Source of the DNA: a virus | Taxonomy: Duplodnaviria; Caudoviricetes | Reading direction: 5' to 3' (one strand) | Length of the DNA: 64,000 bases | Virus record (IMG/VR): IMGVR_UViG_3300014969_000017 | Coordinates: 1 to 64,000 of that record | Shown here: piece by piece, positions 19,715 through 29,200 of the stretch | Layout of the letters: each line of letters begins with the position of its first letter | Numbering within the stretch: the first letter of the stretch is position 1 | The notes under the pieces: generated by a model | What the model saw: the letters and a program-made list of their open reading frames with translations, nothing else | Told to the model about the DNA's origin: nothing | The model's database searches: none | Made by a program: the position numbers and the translations under genes

Positions 19715-22521
19715 CACTGCGTCTCCGGCGCATCCCAATCGAGCAGGAGCACCTGTTCCCGGTCCGTGACCTCGTCGCGCTCGATGGCCGACAACGCGAC
19801 CCGCTCGATGCCGTGCGTCTTGTCGTACGCGTGCATCTTCGCCAGTGCCCGGCGCGTCGGCATCTTGATGCGGTAGATCGGCACCTTCATCTCCGGGTGC
19901 TCCAGCGCCAGCGCGGCGGCTGCGGCCCAGTGGTGATGCCCGTCGAGCACGCGGTTCCCCTGCGACACCAAGACCGGCTTGAACGGCTTGCCCTTGCTTT
20001 CGAGCTTGTCCAGCTTCTCGGCGGCGCGGCGTGCGGAGATTTCTTTCTGCGAGGGCGCGAGCGTCAGCGGGTTCACCATCTCCCGCGTCACCGTGACACC
20101 GGCATCTCGCAGCGACTGGAGGAACGGCTCGCGATGCTCGGGCGGAATCTGCGGCATGTCCGCACGGGCGATGCCCAGTCCGTTGCCGCCGAAGATGAGA
20201 TGCCCGTTGACGTGCAGATCGGTAAGGTCCGCGTCCAGTCCCTGCTTGAGCGCCTTCTTCAGTAAGGCCCGGACGTGATGCGGATCGATGTTGGTCTTGT
20301 GGCCGTCCAGCAGCGAATGCAGCGCCTCGCCGGGCGAGTGCGAGTCCTCGAACTGACCGCGTGCATCGCGTGGGTGCTCGCCTTCGTCCCATTCCAGTTG
20401 CAGCGCCTTGAGCTTGTCGCGGTAGAGCGAGGTCGGCTTCTCCGGCACAGCGTCCGCAGGATCATCGGGAAAGTCCTCGCCCAGTAAATCGCGCCACAGG
20501 TCGCGGTCGGCACGCGTGCCGTCAGGCTCCTCGTAAAACATCTCGCGACTGCCCGGCCGTGGCGTCGGCGGCGGCGGGTCGGTCGGCGGAGGCGTCGGCG
20601 GGTCGTCGGCAAAGTTGATGGGTGACAATCCCAGTCGCTCGCGATTCGCGTTGCGCTCCTTCTGCTCGGCCAGCACGTCGGCGCGTTCGCGCTTGCGTCG
20701 TTCGCGTTGCGCGACCGTCTCCTTGGCCTTTGCCTTCCGCTCCGCCTTGACGATCCGTGCCGCCGCGTCCTGTCCCTCGTTCTGTTGCCGCATCCCGGCG
20801 ACCTCGCGGACCCGCGTCTCCAGTTCCGTCGCCAGCCGTGCTCGCTCTTGGTAGTCCGGGTGCGTCGTGCGTGCCGCCGGAGCCAACTCCTCCAGACGCG
20901 TGCGCAGCGCCGCAATGCGCGTCTCGCTCGCCGCAATCGCCCGGTCGCGTGCCTCACGTCCAGCCCGGATGTCGGCGGCTGTCTCGGCATCAGCCTTCGC
21001 ACGCTCGCGTGCGGCCGTGCGCTCGGCCTTCTGTCGCACCGCACGATCAATCGCTCGCTCGGGACGCGGAGCCGGTGTCTTCGTGGCCGAGAGGTAACTG
21101 TGCAACCGACTCATCGCCTCTTTGTCATCGAGGCGGATTTGCCCGTACCAGTCACTGCCCAGCAGCACAGCGGACCCGATCTTCTTACCCTCGCTCGTCG
21201 CGTCGGCAATCGCCCACAGTTGCGTGTCATCGCCCTCCGTCTCGGTGGCGATGTCCTCCAGCGAGAGCCGCTCCTCGTGCGTGATCATGCCCCGGCGCTC
21301 GGCGCGGTCGATCAGGCTATCGATGTCAGGTCCGCCATGCTCGTCGCTATCGATCTTGAACCCAAACTTCGCCCACGCGTAGCCGCCCACGTCGATGTTC
21401 GCGTGGACCGTGACCTTGTCCACGCCCATCTTTTCGTACTCGTCAAAGCTCGCACGGAGGAGATCCTTCGCAAGGCCACCGCCCGTGTTCCCCGCTTGGA
21501 AGTAGCTGTGATCCACCACAAGCTCGCCGTTGTAGTCGCGCTTGAACTCGCGGGTGATCTGCGTGCCAGCGGATCCGGCGAACTTGATGCGCACCACTTC
21601 TTCGCCGCTGTAATTGCTGTCGTCCTGCTCGGTGCGCCACTCATCGAACGAGTCGTTGGGTTCAAAGTCCTGCCCAACGCCGTCCTCCCACTCGCTGCGC
21701 ATCTGGTTGATGGACTTCTGCACAGGACCGCCCGTCTGCATCAGCCGCTCGCGCAGGATGGCCTTCTCGTCCTCGGACCACGGAGCCGACGGGTCCAGCC
21801 CCTCCACGAGATCCTCGTACTCAATCTTCTCGGCGGTGTCGCCCGGCTGAAAGGCTTCGCCTTCCCCTAACGGCAGCGTCGGAATCTCGCGCGTATCACC
21901 ATACGGACCCGTGCGCCGGGCCTCCTCGGCCTCGGCCTTCATCGACTCCCAGAGCGTGTCGATCTCGGCCGCGCGATCCCGACGCTCGGCCACCCAGTCG
22001 TTCCGGGCTTCCCGGCGCGACTGCTCGACGTACTCGTCATAGCTCTCGCGGAGTTCCTCCTCGTCGGGACCGCCGCCCTCGGTCATGATCGTGACCGCGA
22101 ACTTCTCCTGATCGGCGTACTGCACCATCGACTCGGCCAAGTCACGCACGGCCGCTTCGGAGTTCAGCCCCAGCACGTTCGACACGACCGCGTCATTGGC
22201 CTCGTCGTCTACCCGGACGATGTTCTTGCCCTTGACGCTTTTCTTGCTGTAGCTGCCAGTGCCCTCACCGTCGCCCTCGGCGGACCCGCCGACCTCGCCC
22301 GGTCGCCCGGCATGCCCGAAGTTCCCGGAACCGGGACCGCCCAGATGCACGGGCGTCGGCTGGTACGGTTCGACCGTGAAGGTGGCCCGACCCCCGTCAT
22401 CGAACACCACTCGCGCCACCACGGCCTTCGGGTGACGCGGCTCGACCGGCTGGCGGTCGGCGTCGAGGAACACGACCACGCCGTGGCGTCCGTCAATCGT
22501 GATCGGTTCCGGTTGAATCAT
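19714..22521 (-). CDS. Tagged polyvalent protein: GNAT-like + ParB/Srx-like domains
   Basis: HLGGPGSGNFGHAGRPGEVGGS; GGGLAKDLL...VHANIDVGGYAWAKFGF; LEWDEGEHPR; LAPSQKEI...VLVSQGNRVLDGHHHWAA. Confidence 0.75.
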   Translation of the reverse strand: MIQPEPITIDGRHGVVVFLDADRQPVEPRHPKAVVARVVFDDGGRATFTVEPYQPTPVHLGGPGSGNFGHAGRPGEVGGSAEGDGEGTGSYSKKSVKGKNIVRVDDEANDAVVSNVLGLNSEAAVRDLAESMVQYADQEKFAVTIMTEGGGPDEEELRESYDEYVEQSRREARNDWVAERRDRAAEIDTLWESMKAEAEEARRTGPYGDTREIPTLPLGEGEAFQPGDTAEKIEYEDLVEGLDPSAPWSEDEKAILRERLMQTGGPVQKSINQMRSEWEDGVGQDFEPNDSFDEWRTEQDDSNYSGEEVVRIKFAGSAGTQITREFKRDYNGELVVDHSYFQAGNTGGGLAKDLLRASFDEYEKMGVDKVTVHANIDVGGYAWAKFGFKIDSDEHGGPDIDSLIDRAERRGMITHEERLSLEDIATETEGDDTQLWAIADATSEGKKIGSAVLLGSDWYGQIRLDDKEAMSRLHSYLSATKTPAPRPERAIDRAVRQKAERTAARERAKADAETAADIRAGREARDRAIAASETRIAALRTRLEELAPAARTTHPDYQERARLATELETRVREVAGMRQQNEGQDAAARIVKAERKAKAKETVAQRERRKRERADVLAEQKERNANRERLGLSPINFADDPPTPPPTDPPPPTPRPGSREMFYEEPDGTRADRDLWRDLLGEDFPDDPADAVPEKPTSLYRDKLKALQLEWDEGEHPRDARGQFEDSHSPGEALHSLLDGHKTNIDPHHVRALLKKALKQGLDADLTDLHVNGHLIFGGNGLGIARADMPQIPPEHREPFLQSLRDAGVTVTREMVNPLTLAPSQKEISARRAAEKLDKLESKGKPFKPVLVSQGNRVLDGHHHWAAAAALALEHPEMKVPIYRIKMPTRRALAKMHAYDKTHGIERVALSAIERDEVTDREQVLLLDWDAPETQ

Positions 22522-24764
22522 GGTGTGTGCTGGGCCTTCACCTTCGGGTACGTCTTGCGCAGTTGCAGCGCGTAGTCCTGCCACGACTTCGCCGGGACGC
22601 CTTCCTTCCACGGGCCACGCGGAGCCTGCTCATGGTACGCCGCGACCTCGGCCAGTGTTTCCTCCTCCGCGCGTTTCCACGCGGGACCAATCGCGTTCGG
22701 GGGTCCATCCCGCATTGCTGTCTCGTACGCCTCCCAGTACAGGCGCGAGTAGGCGGTGAAGCCATCGTCTTTGCGCATCGCGTGGCCGCGCTCGCTCAGG
22801 CCACGGTCGTCCATGACCGTCTTGCCGTCCTCGGCCGTCTTCCACGTCCCGAGGTAGGGGTCGCCCAAGGGAGCCGTCCGCGCCATTGCGGCCGACGCAG
22901 GCCACCGGGCTTCGATCTCCGCCATGCGGCTCTCGCGCGGGTAGCCGTTCCGACCGAACAGGCGGTCCCACTCCGGTGTCGCATCCTGCACGACCTTCCC
23001 GCCATCCCCGAAGACCCGCTGCCCCTGAGACGCCAGCTTGCTGATTTCATCGTGCTCCTTCGCCGCCACGATGCGCACCGTGTCGTGCTGCGCGTGCATG
23101 ATCTCGTGCGACACCAGCCCCTGCGTGAACTCCGGGTTCCGCGCGAGGTTGCGGGAGTTGACCTCGATGCGCCCGGTGCCCGGATCGTAGTGTCCGCCCT
23201 CGTTCAACTGGCGACCAGCCACAGTGAAGCCGCGTGGCTCGATGTCCACTACGTCGATGCGCCCAGCGTCGAACCCTTGCCGCGTGGAGACAGTGTTCGT
23301 GATGATCTGCACCGTCTCCTGCCGCACTACCGGCGCGTGCGCTTCCACCGCCAGTCGGGCGGCGTGCTCCGCCTGCATCGCCTCTTGTCGCGCGTCGAAC
23401 GACGTGTAATACGTCGGGTCTTGGTGGATCTCGTAGTCCCACCCGTGCTCGGCCCGGATCGCTTTCACCACCGCGAGGTGCGAGGCGAGCACGTCGGCAT
23501 ACCGCAGGGTCGCCTCCTTGAGTGCCGCCTGTCGCTTCTCCATCTCGCGCTGCGCGGGGCGTGCTGTCTCGCCTTCGCCATCAGTCCACTGGTTTCCACG
23601 GAAGGGATGTCCCTCCACGTCGCCCAGCAGGATGAGGCGTCGGCCGTCGGCCGACATGGTGATCTTTGGGTTCGCGGGGTCGAACGTCGTGTTGCCCGTG
23701 GCGCTCTTGATCTGCGTCGGCGCGAAGACGACGAAGTGCGTCGTGTCCGGGTTCATCCCCTTCATCGACTGACCGATCCGCCGCTGCGAACCGAACTTGG
23801 TGTCTACCTCGCGGTCGATGACGCCGTCGAACCCGGCTCGCTCCAGCGCCGCCCGGAACACTTCCTTGTTGACCAAGGCACCGGTGTCGCTCTCGATGTA
23901 GCTGGCCTCCTCCGTGTCGTTCCACGCCTTGACCAGTTCGGAGGCCGTGATCATGTCGCGGTCCATGATCTTCTCGGTGAACTTCTCGACCGCCTCGTCG
24001 CCGCCGGAGTGCTGACTGGCTTCGTCGCGCAGTGCCGCCAGAAAATCTGGCAGCGTGCCTTCCTGCCCGACGATGTCACTATCGGAGTCGTTCGGATCGT
24101 CGTACACGTACTCCGAAGTCAGGACGGTTTCCCTGTGCGACGAGGTGCCGTTGGCATCGCCCACGACGAAGGGCTGCTGCATCGACACGTACGCGGGATA
24201 GATCGCGACGGACTTACCAGCCAGCGCCGCACGCGCCTGCTTCAGTGCGTCGTCGTGAGACAGATCCTCGTTCTCGCTTTGTAGGCGATCCACTTCGTGC
24301 TCGATGCGAGCCGTCAGGTCCGGACCTTCCCCGGCGTAGTTTTCCCCAGCGTCTTCCGGCTCGCTGGTGAAGTACACGCCAGCGCCCCAGTCCGACTCGG
24401 GATTCAGTCCCTCGTCTCCGGCCTTCTTGAACTCCTCGATGTCGTGCGTCGTGCCGTGATAGACGACCAGCGGCTGGCCCTCGTCATCTACGACCTTCGA
24501 CTCTTTGAACCACGCCTTGAACCGGGGCGACTCGGTGCGGTCCCGGCCACTTCCGCCACCCTCGCCATCCGTCCACTGATTGCCCCTGAACGGGTGGCCT
24601 TCGACATCGCCCAGCAGGAGCGCGAGCCGCTCGCGGTAGGTCAGCGCCTTCTTGTCGGCGTCGTCCTTCGGCTTCGGTTTCGGGGGGACCGGCTTGATAA
24701 TCCGGAACTCGCCCCATGTGAAGCGATCCGCGTCCGGCGGCACACTGGGCGGCGTGGCAGGCAT
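22518..24764 (-). CDS. Tagged polyvalent protein: ART-PolyVal-like + zincin metallopeptidase
   Basis: Two LGDVEGHPFRGNQW tags; FKAWFKESKVVDDEGQPLVVYHGT...GVYFT...FAPTQIKSATGN; HEIMH. Confidence 0.8.
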   Translation of the reverse strand: MPATPPSVPPDADRFTWGEFRIIKPVPPKPKPKDDADKKALTYRERLALLLGDVEGHPFRGNQWTDGEGGGSGRDRTESPRFKAWFKESKVVDDEGQPLVVYHGTTHDIEEFKKAGDEGLNPESDWGAGVYFTSEPEDAGENYAGEGPDLTARIEHEVDRLQSENEDLSHDDALKQARAALAGKSVAIYPAYVSMQQPFVVGDANGTSSHRETVLTSEYVYDDPNDSDSDIVGQEGTLPDFLAALRDEASQHSGGDEAVEKFTEKIMDRDMITASELVKAWNDTEEASYIESDTGALVNKEVFRAALERAGFDGVIDREVDTKFGSQRRIGQSMKGMNPDTTHFVVFAPTQIKSATGNTTFDPANPKITMSADGRRLILLGDVEGHPFRGNQWTDGEGETARPAQREMEKRQAALKEATLRYADVLASHLAVVKAIRAEHGWDYEIHQDPTYYTSFDARQEAMQAEHAARLAVEAHAPVVRQETVQIITNTVSTRQGFDAGRIDVVDIEPRGFTVAGRQLNEGGHYDPGTGRIEVNSRNLARNPEFTQGLVSHEIMHAQHDTVRIVAAKEHDEISKLASQGQRVFGDGGKVVQDATPEWDRLFGRNGYPRESRMAEIEARWPASAAMARTAPLGDPYLGTWKTAEDGKTVMDDRGLSERGHAMRKDDGFTAYSRLYWEAYETAMRDGPPNAIGPAWKRAEEETLAEVAAYHEQAPRGPWKEGVPAKSWQDYALQLRKTYPKVKAQHTP

Positions 24765-24994
24765 CAGTACAACTTTCTTGGGTAGTCCGGCGTGGGCGAT
24801 ACCCACGTGCCGCCCCAGACATTCAGGATGTGCTGCGCAAGACGCGCATCCTCAGTCGGCGCATAGTGCCCGTTCTCCGGCGGCTGCATCGACGGGGCGT
24901 TCAGCAACTCCGCGAACACCGCGTTCTCCGGCACCGACACGACGCCATCGCTGACCGTGACCGTTTCCCCGGTCGAGAGCTTGAGGGTGATCAT
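24764..24994 (-). CDS. Small untagged protein (candidate immunity/partner)
   Basis: 76 aa, translationally coupled on both sides. Confidence 0.55.
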   Translation of the reverse strand: MITLKLSTGETVTVSDGVVSVPENAVFAELLNAPSMQPPENGHYAPTEDARLAQHILNVWGGTWVSPTPDYPRKLY

Positions 24995-26223
24995 GGCTTA
25001 CTCCGATACTTGCCGTGCATCACGTCGAAGATGAACTTGAAATGCTCCGGCCGACTTTTCGAGAAGCCGATGGGGTCCATGATGTACGCCTCCACGCCCG
25101 TCGAAACCATCTCCGTCGCAATGTCGTCCGGGTAGAGTTTGGCCGAGTACGGGTCCGGGAAGTTGCCACGCAGCGCGTGCTCATGGGCATCGAGGCCACC
25201 GTGAACCGTGTTCAGCGCATAGACCTCTCGCGGTTTCGTCGCCAGCGATTCTCGCAACTCCACTGCCGCCTTCAGCACCGCCGAGTGGTTCATCTCGATG
25301 TGGTGCGCGATCTCGTGATAGACCGTGCGGTCCAGTTCGCGTGCGTTGCCGATATTGATACCACCCAGCGTGGCGTTCGCACGCCCGTCTTTGGCTCGCC
25401 CCAGCCGCAAGGTCGCCGGGATCGAGAACGTCCCATCGGGATTCGTCACCAGCGGCGTCTTGTCTCCAAAGATTTCGCGAAACTTTTCGATCTGGTCGCC
25501 GGGGTATTTGTGTGGGACGAAGGCACCGGACCCGTCGTACTGCCGAAAGGTCGCCAGCGCCCGATTCGCGCCAGCCTCCACCGCCCCGTGCAACTCCTGC
25601 GTGGACGTGAACGTCAAAGCCGACCGCTCCTCGTGCGGCACCTTCAGTAACTCTTTGGCTTGGGCGTTCGCCTCCGCACGCTGCTTCTGCGCCTCGTCGT
25701 ACGCGGCGTGGAACGTGGCCGAGAGCGCCTCCATCTTCTTGTAGGAGTCGAGCTTCTTCGCCGCCGCGCCGTCGGCTTTCAGGGGCCGCTTGCGCTCGGT
25801 GATGTCCTTGCGCCACGCGTCAGACGCGGCCTTGATGTCGTTGCGCATGACATTCAGGGCGTCCTCGGTGTCTTCGCCCTTCTTGACCAGCGCGACGAAC
25901 CGGTGATGCAGCGCCTCGATGGGATCGCTGTCGCCCTCAGCCGATCCGCCGACTTCGCCCGGTCGCCCCGCGTGACCGAAGTTGCCGCTGCCTGCTCCGC
26001 CCAGCAGGTACGCCAGCTTCTCGCGATAGGTCAGGTGATGCGGGTCAGGTGGCGGCTCCGGCTCCGGCGCGGGTGACTCGGCTACGGTGAAGAATGCAGT
26101 GCCGCCATCATCGAACACGACCTTCGCCATCGTCGCCTTCGCCGCTGGGACCGGGTGCCAGTCCGCATCGAGATAGACGACGCTACCGGATCGACCGTCG
26201 ATGGTGATGGACTCGGGCGTCAT
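24991..26223 (-). CDS. Tagged zincin-like metallopeptidase
   Basis: LGGAGSGNFGHAGRPGEVGGS tag; HEIAHHIE...YSAKLY...TEMVSTGVE. Confidence 0.75.
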   Translation of the reverse strand: MTPESITIDGRSGSVVYLDADWHPVPAAKATMAKVVFDDGGTAFFTVAESPAPEPEPPPDPHHLTYREKLAYLLGGAGSGNFGHAGRPGEVGGSAEGDSDPIEALHHRFVALVKKGEDTEDALNVMRNDIKAASDAWRKDITERKRPLKADGAAAKKLDSYKKMEALSATFHAAYDEAQKQRAEANAQAKELLKVPHEERSALTFTSTQELHGAVEAGANRALATFRQYDGSGAFVPHKYPGDQIEKFREIFGDKTPLVTNPDGTFSIPATLRLGRAKDGRANATLGGINIGNARELDRTVYHEIAHHIEMNHSAVLKAAVELRESLATKPREVYALNTVHGGLDAHEHALRGNFPDPYSAKLYPDDIATEMVSTGVEAYIMDPIGFSKSRPEHFKFIFDVMHGKYRSKP

Positions 26224-29200
26224 GACCGCGCCTTCTGTTGATGCCACGCGTGCATGCCCTTCGTGAACGCGACCCACGCGGACTTGGGACCGAGTCCCGT
26301 CGATTGCAGGCGAATCTTGCCGTCCGCCACCGACGCCTTGGCCGGTTCTTCATTCCACGACTTGGGCGCGATCAGCCAGCGCGTGACCTCGGCCACGGTT
26401 TCGTTGATCGCCGTGTCGTACGTGCCGTGTCCACGCACACGCACGGCTTCAGGCGTCCAGTACGACTTCGCGTAGGCGCTGTGGCCGTTCTCTTTGATGA
26501 TCTTGTCCGAGAGGCCCGTGAACATCTTCCCGTCGTGGAGGTTGGCCCACACCGCCGACGCGGGAAACTCTCGCGCCAGTTGCTCGCGCATCCCCGGCTT
26601 CACCGTCGTCTCCCCGAACCGGTGCGGCTGGTCGAACCGCTCATAGAACCAGTCCGTGCCCTTCTCGTCGTTGTAGTGCCCGGACAGCACCTTGTACCGC
26701 TCGTCCTCGGCTTCCAGTTCGTCTTTGAACTGGTCGTAGATCGCATGCGAGACTTCGTGCGCCGCGATCCCTTTCACGGCTGGCACGTCCCCGTACGCAA
26801 GGTTCCGGGCGTTGATTTCGATCTGCTTCGTGGCCGGGTTGTAGTGCCCACCCTCCCGGAATTCCTTCGTGCCCACCGTGAATGTCGATGGCTCCTTGTC
26901 CACAACGTGAATCGTGGACGGATCGACGCCCATGTCCTTCGCCACGGCGTGCGAGAGGTTCGTGATCACCTCTACGCGCATCGGGGACGCCTGATCGTCG
27001 TATGCCTTCTGCGCAGCCTTGGCGGCATCGTACGCAGCGAGCATCGCGTCTTTCGTCGCGCGGAAGTCCGGGTCCGCATTGCGCCGGGCCTCTAGCGCCT
27101 CGGCGCGTCGGCCGTACTCCTCGTCGCTGGCTGGCGGAATCAGCAAGCTCTCCCACGTGCCGTACCGCTGCTCGACCAGTCTGATCGACGCCCGGTGCGC
27201 TTCCTTCGCATCGTGCAAGGCGGCGTCGGCCGCGCGTGAGGCCACCAGCCGCTCCACCCACTTCCGCCGCTCTGGGCCAGCCCCTTCAATCGTCGCCAGT
27301 GCCTCGGTGTCAGCAGACTCGGTGTCACGCTGCACAAACGCGCTCGGTCCCTCACTGGACGATCCGCCCACCTCGCCGGGACGGCCTGCGTGACCGAAGT
27401 TGCCAGAGCCGGGACCACCGAGATCGAGCGAGGGCAAAGTTTCCCGCCGAGAAACTTTGCTACTCAGGTCTTTCTTCCCCTCGCTGCTGCCGCCGCCGAT
27501 ATATTCCAGCACCACGTCGATGGGTTCGACCGCCTTCATCTTCGGATCGGACGACGTGATACGCCGGGGACCGCGCTGCACGCTGACGATGCGGAACTGC
27601 GCTCCGCTCCCCAGCAGGATCTCGGCCTCGCTGCGCTGGTTCGTCTCGTGCAGCCGATCCATCTTGATGGTCGGCTTTGCCGTGAAATCCGGGCGCGTGT
27701 AGTCGCTGGCCTTGAGGCCGTTCGGTGTCCCGTCGTCGTTAGTCAGCCATTCCGGGTGATCGAACACGGCCGGGTCTTGCACCTTGGGGTACGCGTAGTC
27801 CACACGGCGGAGCGTCTCCACCGGCGCGACCTTGGTACCTGCTGGCAAGATGATAGAGATCCGCATCGGCGCAGCGACCTCGTCCTGCCGCGTGTAGATC
27901 GCGCTCGACCCTTCCTTGTCCGCGTAGCGTTTGTAGAGGCTCTCGGCCTTCCCGCCCAGCACGTAGCTGTCGAGCCGATTGCCCGGATTGCCCAGCATCG
28001 TGGAGGTGAAGCCGCGTTCCTCCGTGATGCCGCCCTCCTGCGCCTTCAGATCCTCGTACGACAAGCCGGGCACGTAGGCCGCACGCGTCACTTCCATCGG
28101 CTCGGGGAGCACGTACCCGTGCTCGCGAATCAGGCTGTTGATCGCCGCAACATGCTTGTCCAGTTCCCGCGCACGCGCCCGATCCGGCACCGCTCGCTGG
28201 ACGCTGTAGAACACCTTCTCGCCGGTCGCCGGATTGACCGTGAACGCATTCCGGATGATGCGACCATCCTCGACCTTGTTGATGGGATCATCCGGATCGT
28301 ACGCCTTCGCCTCGCTCTTGCCCGTCGGCCTGAACGCGGCAATCTCCGCCTCGGTCGCCGGGCGCACAAACTCATTCACCGTGTCCGGCACGAACGACCC
28401 GCGCAGTTGTGCGTTGATGTCCGCGTAGCTGAACCCGGCGTAGTTGTTGACGGCCTCCACCTCGTGGGGTGGCAAACTCCGGACGTACGTCTCCATCTCG
28501 GGACGCTCGTGCCAGTCGTACCCTTCGTTGCCTTTGAACTGGCGCACGGCCTGCGTCACGCCAGCGCCACCGCCCACCACGTCGGTGTACTGGTTCCCCC
28601 GGAACGGATGGCCCTCCACATCACCAAGATTGATGGACAGATGGTGCGGCTTCGCGATCAGCGCATGAATCGGAGCCAGCACCGACGCGTGCTTGAACGT
28701 GTGCTTCCCGGACGGCTCCTGCGTCATCTGCCGCGCGACGAACGGATACGACGAGGCGTCGGCATGGAAGAACGCCAGTTGCAGCGTGGCGAAGTCCGTC
28801 GCGTTCATGCCGACCTTCTGGGCCTTCGCGCCCAAGATGGTCGCGACCTCCTGCGGCGTGCGCTGGGACCGCATGCCTTCGTGCGCTCGCAGCAGCGGCC
28901 CGATCATGTCGTGGTTCAGCAGTTCGGTCGCGAGCGACACGTCCCGTTCCGTGAAGCCTTCCCGGCGCAGGACGCGTTGCAGGATCGGGATGGTGTGTTC
29001 GTGCTGCGAGCCGCCCGACTCCCGCGCGTCGGCCTTCCCGATGTCGTGCAGCGGAATCGCTGCGGCCATCAGCTTGCCCACGTCGGACCCGAACCGGCCG
29101 GAGATCCCAGACAACTCCTCGGGCGTCAGTTGCGTGGCCCACGTGCGACCCACGTCGCGCGTGTGCGCCTCGATGCTGCCCATCTCGGTGTAGCTGGACT

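Noticed and set aside
18443-20392. 649-aa ORF as given in the track
   Set aside because: The first ~225 codons overlap the upstream gene; the ATG at 19714 overlapping its stop is the better start. Similar trimming was applied at 22521, 24764, 26223, 40769 and 62626.
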